A DNA stretch of 63,715 nt, filler included, from Polymyxa betae A26-41 (taxonomy: Eukaryota > Protista > Endomyxa: Phytomyxea), in NCBI GenBank assembly GCA_003693705.1. It is 4 parts of 4 records of this genome, joined end to end, with 100 filler letters (N's around TTAATTAATTAA, not from the genome) between each part and the next. Parts side by side here need not be neighbours in the genome. Positions count along the whole stretch, not along the records: positions 31,974 to 55,524 come from RBZT01000319.1; 3 more parts are not named here. One strand, written 5' to 3'. Positions 38,701 through 51,300 of the stretch are shown in pieces. How positions within the stretch are numbered: the stretch's first letter is position 1; the number at the start of each line of letters is the position of its first letter. A program made the translations under genes and the position numbers. The notes below the pieces were generated by a model. It had not been told where the DNA came from. It ran no database searches and was given only the letters and a program-made list of their open reading frames with translations.

Positions 38701-39169
38701 CGAACACTGCAACTTGATCCATCAATACATTCAGAATCTCGACCTTCTCCGCATCGAGCAGTTCCTCGCAATCCAGCAGGCGGTCATACAGGCCCAGGGC
38801 CTCGGCGTGGGACATGTCATGGATGGAATGATCGCGATGACCGCGTATGTGGTTGAGATAAGCGGGGACATGGTGGGCGAGAGCGGCGCCGTAGACGGAA
38901 TGATGAAAGAGGCGGAGTGGCTCAAGAAGAGGCTGCAGCAGGTGGTGAAAATATCGAGAAGTGAGAATCAGGCGGGCGATCGAGCCGCGGTCCGTAATGT
39001 GGAAGCTGATCTTCAGGACCAGCACCGGAGGCAGGTTGCCCAGGCCTTCGGACTCGCAGGGGGTCATGTTGTCCGGCCAGGCTGCGCCCAGTACGCCCAG
39101 AACCAGACACAGGGACACGAACGACGACAGCATGATTGTAAAGTGGAGGCGATCCATTGATTCCATCAC
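35761..39169 (-). pseudogene. Secreted F-box + ankyrin-repeat protein with two copies of an unrecognised Cys-rich repeat; recently disrupted
   Basis: Signal peptide MLSSFVSLCLVLGVLGA; F-box-like LGNLPPVLVLKISFHI...LILTSRYFHHLL; ankyrin motifs GDTPLLHTA, HTILHWAAK, SGHTAFYY. A 7-bp insertion (37282-37288) and a TAG (36916-36918) break a frame that otherwise splices through three short introns to the stop at 35761. Confidence 0.7.
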
Positions 39170-39811
39170 GGTCCGCTGCGCACTTCTTCAGTCCGCGAAG
39201 GGACTACCGAACGCGATTCATTTCAAAATTTTAATCTCTATTATGCTTAGGAACTTTTCTGTATCTTCTTTATTTTTAGATAATTAGTCAAATAAATGGC
39301 CGAAGAGATAGGAAAGATGCGGGCCTGGGAGGCCGTGACTGTAGAGAGTGAGGCAAATCTGACGCTTTTGCCAGACATTTGGAGACAATGCCGCGAACGA
39401 CATCGGCCAATGTCTGCAGCCGGGACTTAAACTCATCGGACTCAGTGTGCTGGACGAGGCAGCGGCGATCGACTCGGGCTGAACGGGGTGCGGCTCGGTT
39501 CTTGACTGCGGCGGCAAACAACGTCGACGTGCGCCGATGAAAGATATTTGGGTTATGAAAGATATTTGAGCTTATAAAATAATTTATTATCTACGGCCGT
39601 TGGAGGCAGGCCGGCCCTGGCCAGGCGGGGCTACCTGGCAGGGGGTCGGATCGGGGGGCTCACATCGCGGCTCCCGGCAGAAAATACCTCCGCCACCCCG
39701 GCAATGGGCAGAGGAAAAGCGCACCCGATCTCTTGGGGAGCTGGAAGTCGAATTCTTGTTTTTGTCGTCATGAGTCCTCATTACATTTTTCGATTGTGTT
39801 GTCCGATCTAT

Positions 39812-40616
39812 ATGAAGAGCATGAGCAGCCTGAAAAACTCTCCGAGGGTATCAGCCCGACGCAGCGCCTTCAATAGCGTCAAGACTCTGGAGGCGCTCTT
39901 CAACCAGCAATCCTGCTGTAGTGACTTGATACTCATGGCCAACGATACCAAGTTCTTCTGCCATCAGTCCGTGCTGGTCCCTTGCAGCGGGTATCTGGCG
40001 GGGTTACTGCTCTGGACGGGACTGAAACCGCACAACAAGAACTCGAAAAATTTCAAAAAAGAGTTCATCAAAATCAGTTTACCGAATATCGTGATCCCGA
40101 AATACTTAAGGCCAAAGAAGAGACCAGCAAGGGGTACTGGTTTGAGAGGTTCTTGAAAATCGTGTACGGCATGATCAATATTGATGAGGATTGCCCGGCA
40201 GAAGTCTTCGTCATGGCTCAGATCGCAGATGTCCTTGATTGCGAGTCCATGATCAAGCATGTGATGATATATTGAGCTTGATCTCACACACGATGGAGAA
40301 TTCTCTTGATGTGGCGTTATTCTGTCAGAAACATCCTCTCTCAATCACATTTCATGAAGTGAAGAAAGTCATCGCCAAGAATATATACTTTTCCTATAGA
40401 AACCCCAAGCTCTATGAAATCGAACGTAAGTACTTTCTCGATATTATGAGATTGCCCACTTCAGATCGATTTTGTCAGTTTTTTGTTGCCTACTGCTATG
40501 TAACGAACAAATTCATGGAACATCTTTCAATTCAAAAAAACCTATCATCAATGCTGAATTCCGTGAGCTTTCCGCACAGTAGTGCAGGGGAGCAGCCTCC
40601 AATGGGAACGTGCTGA
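39812..40616 (+). pseudogene. BTB-BACK protein pseudogene
   Basis: CSDLILMANDTKFFCHQSVLVPCSGYL (BTB), FERFLKIVYG and ACDDILS..TMENSLDV (BACK) are spread over three frames with no intron signals at the switches. Confidence 0.7.
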
Positions 40617-41560
40617 CGTAGTGGAAACGGTCAAAGACGCCTTCAAGCACGCCATATTTGAGGGATATATCGAAGATCAGGCCTTCCTCTACAAAGTATT
40701 CACTGATTGTTATCATCGTCTTGATAATCCTTCTGCGAAAAAGCTATAGCCTAAACTGTTTCACTAAACAGAATTTTGCTTGTTTCGCAGCAACTACGGC
40801 AGCTGGATTAAACACTGGCTAGCACGAAACCAATTGAGATGAGTTTGGTAAACAGTTCTAGTGAGACATTTTCTTGCAGATTCATCTTTGACGCCAGATG
40901 AAAGTGAAGGAAAATTCCATTGATATTTATCGTCCTGTATTGTGGTGGTTAGTGACGCGCGATGTCCTGTATCCCGATGTGAATTCTACATGAAAAGGCA
41001 GAGGCGCCAGAGGAAGCTTAACGCAAATGCCAGCTGGTGCGCTGCAACATACAGAGCGACGCCGATTCTGATGTCATAACTTTGGGGTGCCTGATTGTCT
41101 CCGCTCTCCACGGGTTATTTCCACACATGTCAGAGGTGTTGTTCGGACGAGAGTCTGGATATACATCAAGGCGGGCCTGATCATTTCCCAGAGCTGCTGC
41201 GGTTTCGGAAACTTTTTGGGCATAGACCGCTCCAGAACATACATTCGGGTGCGGTCAAAAGGAATATTGTTACAAATTCGTATCAGAAATTGCTGCTTGC
41301 ATACACGGTTAAAGATACCTGTGAAATGCAAGAAATCAAATCACACCCTTTGAGCTTTGTACCCAGCCTGAAAACAAGGTATTTGCCAAATTGGACGAAC
41401 AGCATCGAATATCATTCGCGGCTGCAACTTGCTTTTTTGCTAGATCTTGCTGCTCCGGTTCTCATTTCTACCAGAACGTGATCTAATTTTAAAAAGGCCA
41501 CAAATGTCTTCAATAAAAATGCCTTGTCGGCACAGGAAACTTTGTTCCAGAGACCTTATA

Positions 41561-41680
41561 GGGTGCGTTTAGATGCGACCCAAAATCCGGTTTTTGATCG
41601 GAAGACCCAAGTCAGAATAGGATTTTAAAAATGAATTTTGGCGCAAAAAACCGGATTTTGTGTGGCATCTAAACGCGGCC
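41561..41680. mobile_element. Tourist/Harbinger-like MITE, 120 bp
   Basis: 35-bp imperfect TIRs: GGGTGCGTTTAGATGCGACCCAAAATCCGGTTTTT versus the reverse complement of AAAAACCGGATTTTGTGTGGCATCTAAACGCGGCC (4 mismatches). Confidence 0.8.
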
Positions 41681-42160
41681 TTTGGGTGCTATTACTGTCG
41701 ATGAATTCCAGATTGCTAAAATGACATTCAACATACCGCCAACTTGCTCACGTTTCCAGTTTACATTTCGTGTAAAGTTTTTCAACTTCTTATGCTGGCT
41801 CATATCGGGGGTTTCGTGCAAATGCAGTGGATTGTCTTGCAATGACACAATGGCAGTTAAATACAAAGAGAGGATATCAGAAGGATTGAATATCCTTTCT
41901 ATTGGCGAAACCTATGGTCCTAAGCAGCTTTTGTACTATATCTAAAGCAGTTGGCAATGATCGTTAATCTGTTTTTTATCAATGCAATACAACCAAATAG
42001 GTTACTACTTAGAATAAAAGCATGGTCTTACCGACAAGCATTGACATCGTCCGGGGCTGATTCAGTGATGTGAACGCCAAATTGTGCTTACAAAACAAGT
42101 GTTACCCATAATTGTCAGTAAAGACATAAACGCTTGCTCATGTTTAGTTGCATATCGCAT

Positions 42161-43308
42161 TTAAAAGTTGAATCGATGGGCACAGGCGTGGTCCTCTTCA
42201 ATATGGATCTCTCCTTTGGTTCGTGGATCGTATGAGATGCGATATATCTTGCCTTCCTCCACATTTTTTTGTAAGGCGGACAGAAGTTTGTCTGCGAATG
42301 CCAGGCAGACGTCACGTGACCACGCCTTTGCTCTCTGGGCATCGACGAGCAGTTCTTTAGTTTTGATTTCCTCTACCTTGCGGAGAACGTTGTCGCCAGA
42401 ACGGAAGCCCAGCATGATTGTCGATGCTCCGATAAGTGCGGACAGGATCCAATACCGCAAAGACTTCCTCTTAAGAAACTCGTCTGGCGATGTTTGAAAG
42501 AACGCCGTATGGAGCTTGATATGCTCCTTATTCCCGTTCCAGCAATCGATATCTGAAGCCAGTATGATTTTATGCTGACCCAAACGCAGATTGAAGAGGG
42601 AGAAGAACGTCGACTGACTCTCCAGGGGAGGCGGGATTGTGTTTGGAGCGGGCTCACGACTGACAACCTGATAACGGAACCCCGTATACGAGAGAATGGA
42701 TTCGTCTTCATATCCGAGGCGCTGGAACCCATTAACCACATCCAGGTAGATGACATTGTAAATGCGAGTAGCCATTATTTCCCAGGCGTGTTTCTCCTGG
42801 TAGGCAGTGGCCAAGATCCTACAAGCATTTCCCATCGTCAATGTTTAGCCTTTTGTTCAAAAAAGTTTCATCTTGATATCGGCAAAAACTTCAATCAATT
42901 GAGCAGCCGCATAATTCCAGACCTCTTAAGGTTTTCCCGGTACGAGACAAATTGTACTTTGTTACGTTCAGGGGAGTAGTTCACCTTAGCAAGAGCGTCC
43001 ATCACGTATTTTAATTGCAGGTTGTCGTCTGAGACATTAAAAAACGGTCCCTGAGCAGATGGGTCAAAACCAGTGGTGAGATCTTCTCCGAGTTCAGGAG
43101 CTGTATAACGCCACTATGAATGATGTCAGAATCAGCGATTGCGAATAAGAATGTGGATTCTGTGTGCTAATACGGGATGCTCTTGTGCCATTTCGAAGTG
43201 GCACCATCTGTCGACCATATAGGAGGCGATCCTCTGGGGACGAGGCGACAGGAAAACCGGTGGTGACCGCGACAGCGATTGTCGGCTGAACTCTAACAGG
43301 ATCGTCAT
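42161..43308 (-). CDS. DXO/Rai1/Dom3Z-family protein with degenerate active site, 3 exons
   Basis: DLTTGFD, QFVSYRENLKRILATAY, VIYLD, SYTGFRYQ, LASDIDC, IKLHT and RYWILSALIGASTIMLGFR follow the DXO motif order. ATG at 43308, two GT-AG introns. Confidence 0.8.
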
Positions 43309-45138
43309 GGCTGTTATGCAACAATAGGAAATGCCGGGATGGGAAACAACACGACCATATTGGAGATATTACGCAGTCCGACAAGTCACTGAAGGCACAC
43401 TTGCCTTCAGTGCGAAGACAGTCACGCACTTTTCCATCTGTGTCGCTTGCTGTCGAGAGATGCACAAACATGCCCAGGATCTCTCTTTCACTCTCTTTCA
43501 CACTCTTGGCCACACTTCTGCCTATGAATGCGATGGATTATAATGTTTCCTCTCAAGGGTGTAGGCCTCCGAATTTTGTATTAGTAGGAGAGCCATGGAC
43601 CTTCCGGTCTATGCCCCGCACTAGGGTAAAAGTGCCGCCCACCTTGCCGAAAGGCACAATAACTAGTACAATCCTATCCGATCCAATATAATTTCCAGCT
43701 CGGTGGTGTCGATACCATATAAGGCCATTCCCGATCTACACGCGCTCTGTCAGATCGGAAACCCATATTAGGGACAAGATGTGCAGCTGCGGACTCAGTT
43801 CTGTTGCCAGTGTTGAAAAGAGGGAAATCTTCCACAACATGAAACACCCTCCATTCCATTCATATCTTATCAGCAATATATGTGGAAAGAATATTTCCAT
43901 GTTTATATGAAGAAAATTCTCTTATTCCTGAAGATTTTTTCCAAAAAGAATCATAAAGCATAGGTTCTCTACAATTGGCAATTGGATTTTAGAAAATGTT
44001 ATTTTCCCTTAGGGCACTATCTATTGCAAAAAAGTTGTCAATGCTGAGGCGTTTGAATCAAGTTATCGTGAAAACGATCGTCCATAGATCTGAAGGACCT
44101 TGCTGGATCGTCCGATATACAGCATCATGGAAATATGCAGCAATCATGCATGACCCAATGCTGTTATGGCCAGTTGAGGGCCCAATGAAACAAGGTTGGG
44201 TGCGTCGAAGACCAATCGAAGGCCTTTTCTAAGCCGCGCTTCGATTCAAAATACATTTCATTCTGCAGATGGTGATTACCGATACACCCTCTCAGACAAA
44301 ATCATGAGGAGGCCAGGCGCCTCATCTCTAAATTACCATAGAATTTTTCAGTAAGCTGAGCTTGAAATGTTAATGACCCAGTCATTTTGGATTTTTCCTT
44401 CTTAGAGGAATTGATGTTTTTGAAAATTGGAATTTGATTTTTCTGATAAACAGACGAAAAGCGATCAAGTATGCATGTGCATACCATATTTCAAACAAAA
44501 TTTCTAGTAAAATGGATTCTAGCTCACTGGCCAGTAGTTCTGTTTCTGTGATATCATCTGCAGACCGGCAAGAAAAGACGTCTTCTATCAGCAACTTCTC
44601 AAGTTTTCTGATCTGGCCATATTCTGTCAGAAATAATCCACTTATGGAATACGTTTCAGACGGTGAAGAGGAACCCAGCATGTAACATTTACCCACTCAG
44701 CAGTAACGGCAACCTGAATGATGTTGAAATGCGCAATTTTACTGATATCATGGAATGGCCGTCTTCTAACAGGTGCTATAGTAAACATTTATGCTCGAAC
44801 TCATTCAGTAAATATGTTTGTGTAGAAGTGGCTGAACGTCATGCCGGGCCATGCCTGAGAAGGCGTTTTCCCATCCATCAGGGTTAGGAATTTTTCTGGA
44901 TCTTCTTTAAGGTCCTCTGAAGAACCTGCTTTATATATTTCAATAAATTTTTACATCATTCGAAAGCTTGCAAAAAATCCCGACGTTCTATCTTTGTAGA
45001 TTGGCAATTGTTAATTCTCAACTCTCAGGAATGCCATTCGAAGTCATTTGATCGCTCGTCATTAGGAGTGACAAAAGATATCGCAACCACGGAGAGCGCA
45101 AATTCTGTCTCCTTGCAACCAGTCACTACCATCCCATT

Positions 45139-45305
45139 GTGGAATTCCACCTTATTAACGTGAATTCCACATTTATAAACGTTGAATTCCACATTTTCCA
45201 CTGTGGAATTCCACATTTTCCACATTTATTCACGTTGAATTCCACATTTGAAAACGCTGAATTCCACATTTGAAAACGTTGAATTCCACAAGTATTCACG
45301 TTGAA
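45139..45305. repeat. Minisatellite with GAATTCCAC core (about 22-bp period)
   Basis: Seven GAATTCCAC cores, consensus ACGTTGAATTCCACATTT. Confidence 0.85.
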
Positions 45306-46977
45306 TAATTTATATACAGCTCCCCTTACCCCTTTTGGGGGTTAGGGATTGAAGAAACTCATCCGCAGTTTCGCTCTATCACTCACGCACTCCCTGTAAA
45401 CAGGTATAGACATCCATTCTTCTGCACCACAACTTATGCGTGCCCGCAATACGTTAAAGATAGAAGGAAGGAGACGAACGATGGATGGCGAACTTTTTCT
45501 ACTGCCACTCTTTTCCCTTTCTTAAAGATCGTCATTTCCAACACCTGTTGGATTCGATTCAGGCGCTGATTAAACAATCAGTATTTATTTTTTTCAATTA
45601 TAAAAGTTCATCAATAGTGCTAATCTAGACCCTCTTCAATTTAATTTAAGTTTGTGGTGGACACGACGTCGGCCTCTGAAGGAATCGCGCTGTAAGCTGC
45701 TGAGTACTCTGGCAGTATGAAACGTGCTGCAATGATACACTACATGTCTGTGGCCAGCCAAGCTTCCAGCTTGGAACATTTCGAATTCTTCAAGAAATTC
45801 ATTCATGGCAATGCAGTCCCGCTCTTTTGTTGAATGCTGGTATGAGGCTGGTTTTATATGAGGTTGAGGCTGGGATAACGAGATGCGCGACGTGACCCAG
45901 GGGTCATTCATGCAAGTGTTTCTCGAGCTTATAATTGTTAGTTTCCAGGCGCGCCCAATGACTGCAGAAATTGTTAGTACTTAGTGCTCTGATGTCAGGT
46001 TTCTAGGTATCACGGACCTATACACCATGGGGGAATTGGTGTTTTTTCTCAAAAACCCGATTCGATTCTGAGTAGTAGGGAGAAATGTGCCCGGACTGCA
46101 ATCGGTCGCTCCGTCCAGATCTGTCGGCGTCGTCGGTCAATCTCACTCACTTTCTGATCTTCGAACCAAGTTTTCCAGAAGCGCATTCTCCATGAATCTC
46201 GTGTTCGTACCGGCCCTGTGCATCCCCGTCTGCCTTACGGCAGCAGCGCCTGGCCTCTTACGGCAGCAGGCCCAGCATTCATCTGAGCGACAGGCTGCTG
46301 TTTCTGTATTCGGTGTGAATCTTCTGCAGATTGATCAGAATCGCGATGATGTTCATGATGGGGTTCCGGCGTCGCAACGCCCGTAGCAATCGCATTCGAT
46401 CATGATGTCGTACGATGAAGACATGGCCAGGAGAGTCTGTTCGCAACCGTGCGGCGGTTTCGACGATTGTCGGCTCTTTAATCTAAGATACAGTCAGAAT
46501 ATAGGCGGACAGAAAGGCCCATCCGATTTCACCAGAAACTTGCAAAGACTGTAATAGTCATTGATATCAGTGACATCGTGATTGAAGGAATACACAAGGT
46601 CGGTTGGAGATGATGTCTCGCCAGAACGGGGGCGCTTCCGGGAGGTTTTGACTGCTAAATCATTCAAATTAGGAAAAATTTCAGCGATTTTGAGGACATT
46701 ATACTAGATAAGGAATCATTACATTGATAGTTTCCTGAATAGGAGATAAAGCTGGAACAGTATTTGTATGGTGTAGTAACGACGCGGGTGTTGATGACGT
46801 TCCAGAATCAGGAAGGGTGTCCAACATTACGCGAAAAAATTCATTGTCAGGTAGTATCTGAATCATATATCAGTTTTTACAGAATTATTTCATCTATCAT
46901 TTACATCCAGATCAAACGAAGGATGCAAGTGGTTGTTTAAATAGGGAAAATCAGCGTATGCTTGATTTGGATGTGAA

Positions 46978-47196
46978 CTATGGGGAATCGGTTCCTATAA
47001 TGCATGTTAAAGAACAGAGATGGGACCAAATCTGACAGAGCAATCTTACTCGGGTGTCTGTAAGGAGAGGGTCGGGAAGAGAGGCTCTAGCAACGGTCTC
47101 TTCCCGAGAGTCTGTAACATTACTTGGCCCAGAACTGAGTGTAGCCAAGCACCCAGATACGTTCAGTATCAGGAAGACAATGGCTGGGCCAACCAT
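46978..47196 (-). CDS. First exon of a probable small multi-exon secreted protein
   Basis: MVGPAIVFLILNVSGCLA is signal-like; coding-like segments bounded by GT/AG continue toward about 46700. Confidence 0.35.
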   Translation of the reverse strand: MVGPAIVFLILNVSGCLATLSSGPSNVTDSREETVARASLPDPLLTDTRVRLLCQIWSHLCSLTCIIGTDSP

Positions 47197-48719
47197 GACG
47201 GATAATAGATGTTCTACCACAGGCCGACAGTGAGCCATTGTCCTTTCTCACAGACGCACTTTTTTGTCGCCTACTTTTTTGCCTACTTCACACTTCTTGA
47301 ATATAACCTACGATTCCCTACCACACCGTAAACTCTTAGTAGCTGTCTGACGTCTCCGTGCGAGCTCAAATATATAGATAGTACTGCGTGACATGGAGAA
47401 GCAAGAATGATTGTTAGATTTAAAAAATTACCGAAACATACTCGGTGCCAATGCGCATTGGTACGGGCTTTTCTAGAACAAAAGATTGTATCACGCAAAT
47501 TTAACTGCGTCACTGCGCACTTGATTCCCTCTGTACTGTCTTCTAATCGCCTCTTCTTAGTCTTGATCGTCCGCCACGATCATCGTCCGATCTGCCTTCA
47601 TTTCCGAACATCCACAGTGGACGGCGCTAACGTCTTTGGGTCATAGTATGCGCCCATTCCCTGTAGAGATTTCCCATTATGATGGACTCCACGGTAAGTA
47701 TTGCAAGGTCATCATACATACGGGCAAATCTCTCCCGATGCCTTGTGATCACAAAGTCGATCCCAAATTCCCAACCATTGGTCACAGATTTCGCACCTTC
47801 CTGGAAGATATCCCGTTGCGATATTTATGAGCTATATTGTGATAGTTTTTCTGAGAAGATGTTCTGCTGCCACTTTCAGCCAAGTCTCCATTTAAGAGGG
47901 TAGCTCAAAGTTATTTTCTCCAGTGTTTAGCGTTTCTGGTTCTTGGGTCCTCTGACTCTGACTATTCGGTGTTTGGAGTAACCACCTCCCCAACCTGGTT
48001 TTTTGAAATCACCGATAAGTTACAGCCTTTTAAAACTTTTAAGCTGCACCGATAATAAACTGAGAAAATCTGTATGAATATTCTATCTCAATGGACTGTT
48101 TTGATGATTTGCAAGGCCTTGCCAAAATTTGTATTACATCATACAGATAATGCTCCGGCTCAGCAGCACGTCTCATTTGGATGAGTCGAGTTCTCGTGGC
48201 TGCTGGGATCGTCATGGTTTGAGGACATCATCAATGAACACAGAGTTTTTACTGTTCATTTATTTGCAGTCGAATTCGGTCGATGGAAGGATGTGCGCTA
48301 TTCCAAAATCCAAATCATTATTCAGAATCTGGTGAAAGCGCACTGGAATACCTGACTGGAGATAGCTGCCGCATTTTGCAATTTCAGACGCTCTTCTGTC
48401 AAAATTTCCAAGCAAATAAGCCAAGGTTCGTTCAATTTGTCAATGAAACTGTCGATTGTTGAAAGATTGAGGGGCTCTGGGGTCTCTACAAACGTCAACA
48501 CTTCAAGCGAATTCTGGGCAATCATAAAAAGGGCATGTAATATTGGGAACAGGTATCAAGTTGAGCTGGCATTCCGTGCGTTAAGGGCCAACGTCGACTT
48601 TATATCCAGTTTGAATTTATAACGGGTCTCAGTTACTGCCGCGAATGCCGTCAATAAACAACCATTTCGTTTTCCACTCGCTTGGATGTCAATCATTCCC
48701 AGAAAACTGTATAAAGAGC

Positions 48720-48913
48720 CGACAGCGCAGCCCTAGGATGCGGCCTCCTCCACCAAGCGCGGTCTCTCTCTAGTTTTTTTTTACTAGTTTTTTGAACGAG
48801 ACGACGGCGCAGCCCTAAGACGCGGCTTTCTCCACTAGGCGCGGTTTTTTGAAAAATGTTTTTTAACAGCCGACGGCGCAGCCCTAGGACGCGGCCACCT
48901 TCACTAAGCGCGG
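48720..48913. repeat. Three ~44-bp GC-rich direct repeats separated by T-rich spacers
   Basis: CGACRGCGCAGCCCTARGAYGCGGC..CYYCACYARGCGCGGT at about 48720, 48802 and 48871. Confidence 0.85.
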
Positions 48914-48961
48914 TCTCTCTCTTTAGTTAACGACGACAAAACCCTTTCAGATAGGCAAATC

Positions 48962-50211
48962 GTGTGGTGCCGCTCACCTGGGACGAACGTCTCTGTGTCT
49001 CCCGGCCCTAAACTCGATCATGATTCGCCGCCCGAGGCAGCCAATGTGACCCTGATAGCCTTTCTCGAGACAGCTGGCTATCGCCTGCTTCTTCGATATT
49101 TGAACAGATATGACATTGGGAACTTGATGTCGACCTCAACGACTGTCTATGAATGTTGTTGCTACAATTGACCGCTGTGCCCCAACCGATTATTTTTTTA
49201 GGCTGCGCCAGAGCCGCTATTCGCTTAAGAAAATCCAACGCAAAAGACTGCCACGAGCAGATCAGTAACTGGTACCGATACCGATTGAAGCCATTGAGTC
49301 ATATGCTGGTCATACGAAGGTTTTTTCACAGTTTTAAAGTTTCTACAAATGAGAGGTTCTATCTGGTTCCCCTACAGGTAACCGTATCAGACATTTTTCG
49401 ATATTTCTCCCGGCTCGAGGCCGAATCGCTCCCTTCCCCGCTCAAAATAGAATATCTCCCTCCGCTCGATATCAGTATTGTCCGAAGGATTTTATCTAAA
49501 GCTGGTTTCACTGCTGAGCATCATCCGACCGGGGCATTTTCCAGCCCGCAAATTACTCGATTTGCCACCGGCAGTCAATCTCAAATACGCCTTCATACGA
49601 TTTTAAAACCCGGGTTTTGTTACATGTTGAAATATCCGACACGTCTCTGGTCAGTCGATGGGATTCGCCCTATAAGGTTTTGTGTTTATGGACAAGCTCT
49701 AACAGAATGGTCCCCTGATCCGGATATCCGAGAAATAGAATTCGGCCAATTACGTCGCATTCTGAATCCTTTAACTTTCAAGGAAGCTGTCGAAGATCCT
49801 GTTGCAGACAGATTCCCATTGATAGTCCGATATCTGCAAGAAGGGGGACATTTGCAGATTCAAAGGAGGAAATTCTGTCTGAAACTACCCAGCCAGCTGA
49901 AGGGTCTCTATGATTGTCACTACTATTCACCGGGGACATCTTCGATGCTGTCAGTCCTGCAACAGATCGATCGCCTTCTGCAAACTGAATATGGCGCCAA
50001 TCATTCGACGAACTTAGAATTCGGAGATTGTTCGCACTGCCAATGGCCATTCATCATCTCGAATTTCAGTGTCCCATTGTATATAGAGTATATTAACAAC
50101 GAGTATGTCCTCATGACTCATCTATATTTCCGCTCGTTCGACCCAGAGGTCCTCAAGCTCACGTTTCAGTCGTTATTCTCATTATTGACGTTTGCCGATT
50201 GGTGGTGTTAA
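48962..50211 (+). pseudogene. Hypothetical protein with N-terminal F-box-like motif, frame switch near 49150
   Basis: YRLLLRYLNRYDIGNLMSTSTTVY is F-box-like and overlaps the start of a 352-aa ORF in another frame; no clear ATG or intron. Confidence 0.45.
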
Positions 50212-51300
50212 GAGCAACAGAGATCGAGTTCTTGAATGTGTTCGCATTAGCTGCAAAATATGACGCAGCTTCGCGTAAGGAATTCGATTGGCCATTGTTC
50301 TGGTGCCGGATCTGACCTGCGCTGTAGTGAAGACGTTATCGTCGGTTAAAGGGTCTTGCTCTGTAATGTGACGTTTACCAGAACTTGTATATCTGTGCAT
50401 ACAATATCACCATAATGTTTGGGCTGGCTGCAGCTTTCAACTGCAAAACGAGGCTACAAAAGGTTATTGATGTTCAGATAGGTCAGATTTCGTCTGGCGA
50501 TGGATCTGGTTTCGGAAAGTTTACACCACCAGCGGCCAAAGTTTGGGCTCGATTATGCGGACCTCCATCCAGTATTGCCACATCAACGTGGATACAGAAT
50601 ATCATAATTGTCCTAGGTCTGATAAAAGCCCTCTATGATATCGATGGTGTAGCGTCTCTTGCAAGCTGTCTTGGTTTTCCCGTCATCGCTCTCGATGTCT
50701 TCGTGACCATGCTTTCTGTTACTGTAGATTGGATGACAACAACCATTTGTCGAAGCGATGTGTTGTATCATGTCCAATAAGGAATGATTCTTCTTTTGTG
50801 AAAGAAATTATTGTCTGGGTTTTAGAACATGGATCCTTATATTCTATACTGCGTCGCAGAGGGGATTTTCGATCCGACAACAGACCGTAGACCTGGGCTG
50901 ATTAATTCATCCATCAACAAGTCTTTACTAGAGAATTATGATACCGATTTAACTCGCTATGAAACAATTTTAGCTCAGATTTTACCCTTGAGCAAAACCA
51001 GCTCAGAATACGGTCACAGAACCCTAATCCTAACTGCAATGAAAATCCGAACATCTCCAGGCCCTGACCCACGATAACGATCTTTAAAATTCAGGCTTCA
51101 TCTGCGTTGTATGGAAGTTTGGGGTTCGGCGGTGCCTTCTAGGATGTAACCTGCCCATAGCCGTGTGATGGGGTGACCCCATGACCCCATCTAACATCTC
51201 GATCCAGAAGCGTCCAGAACATCTCGTCACCTTTTGATCGTGGCGCGACACTCTCTGTCTTATTTCGAATTCAGACGGGCACTGCCTCACGCCCTTAATC

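Noticed and set aside
38519-39160. 213-aa plus-strand ORF and similar overlapping ORFs across the window
   Set aside because: Antisense shadows of GC-rich real genes, with no motifs of their own.
48720-48913. CRISPR-like repeat-spacer array
   Set aside because: Only three degenerate repeats with low-complexity spacers of unequal length, no cas genes, and a eukaryotic context.
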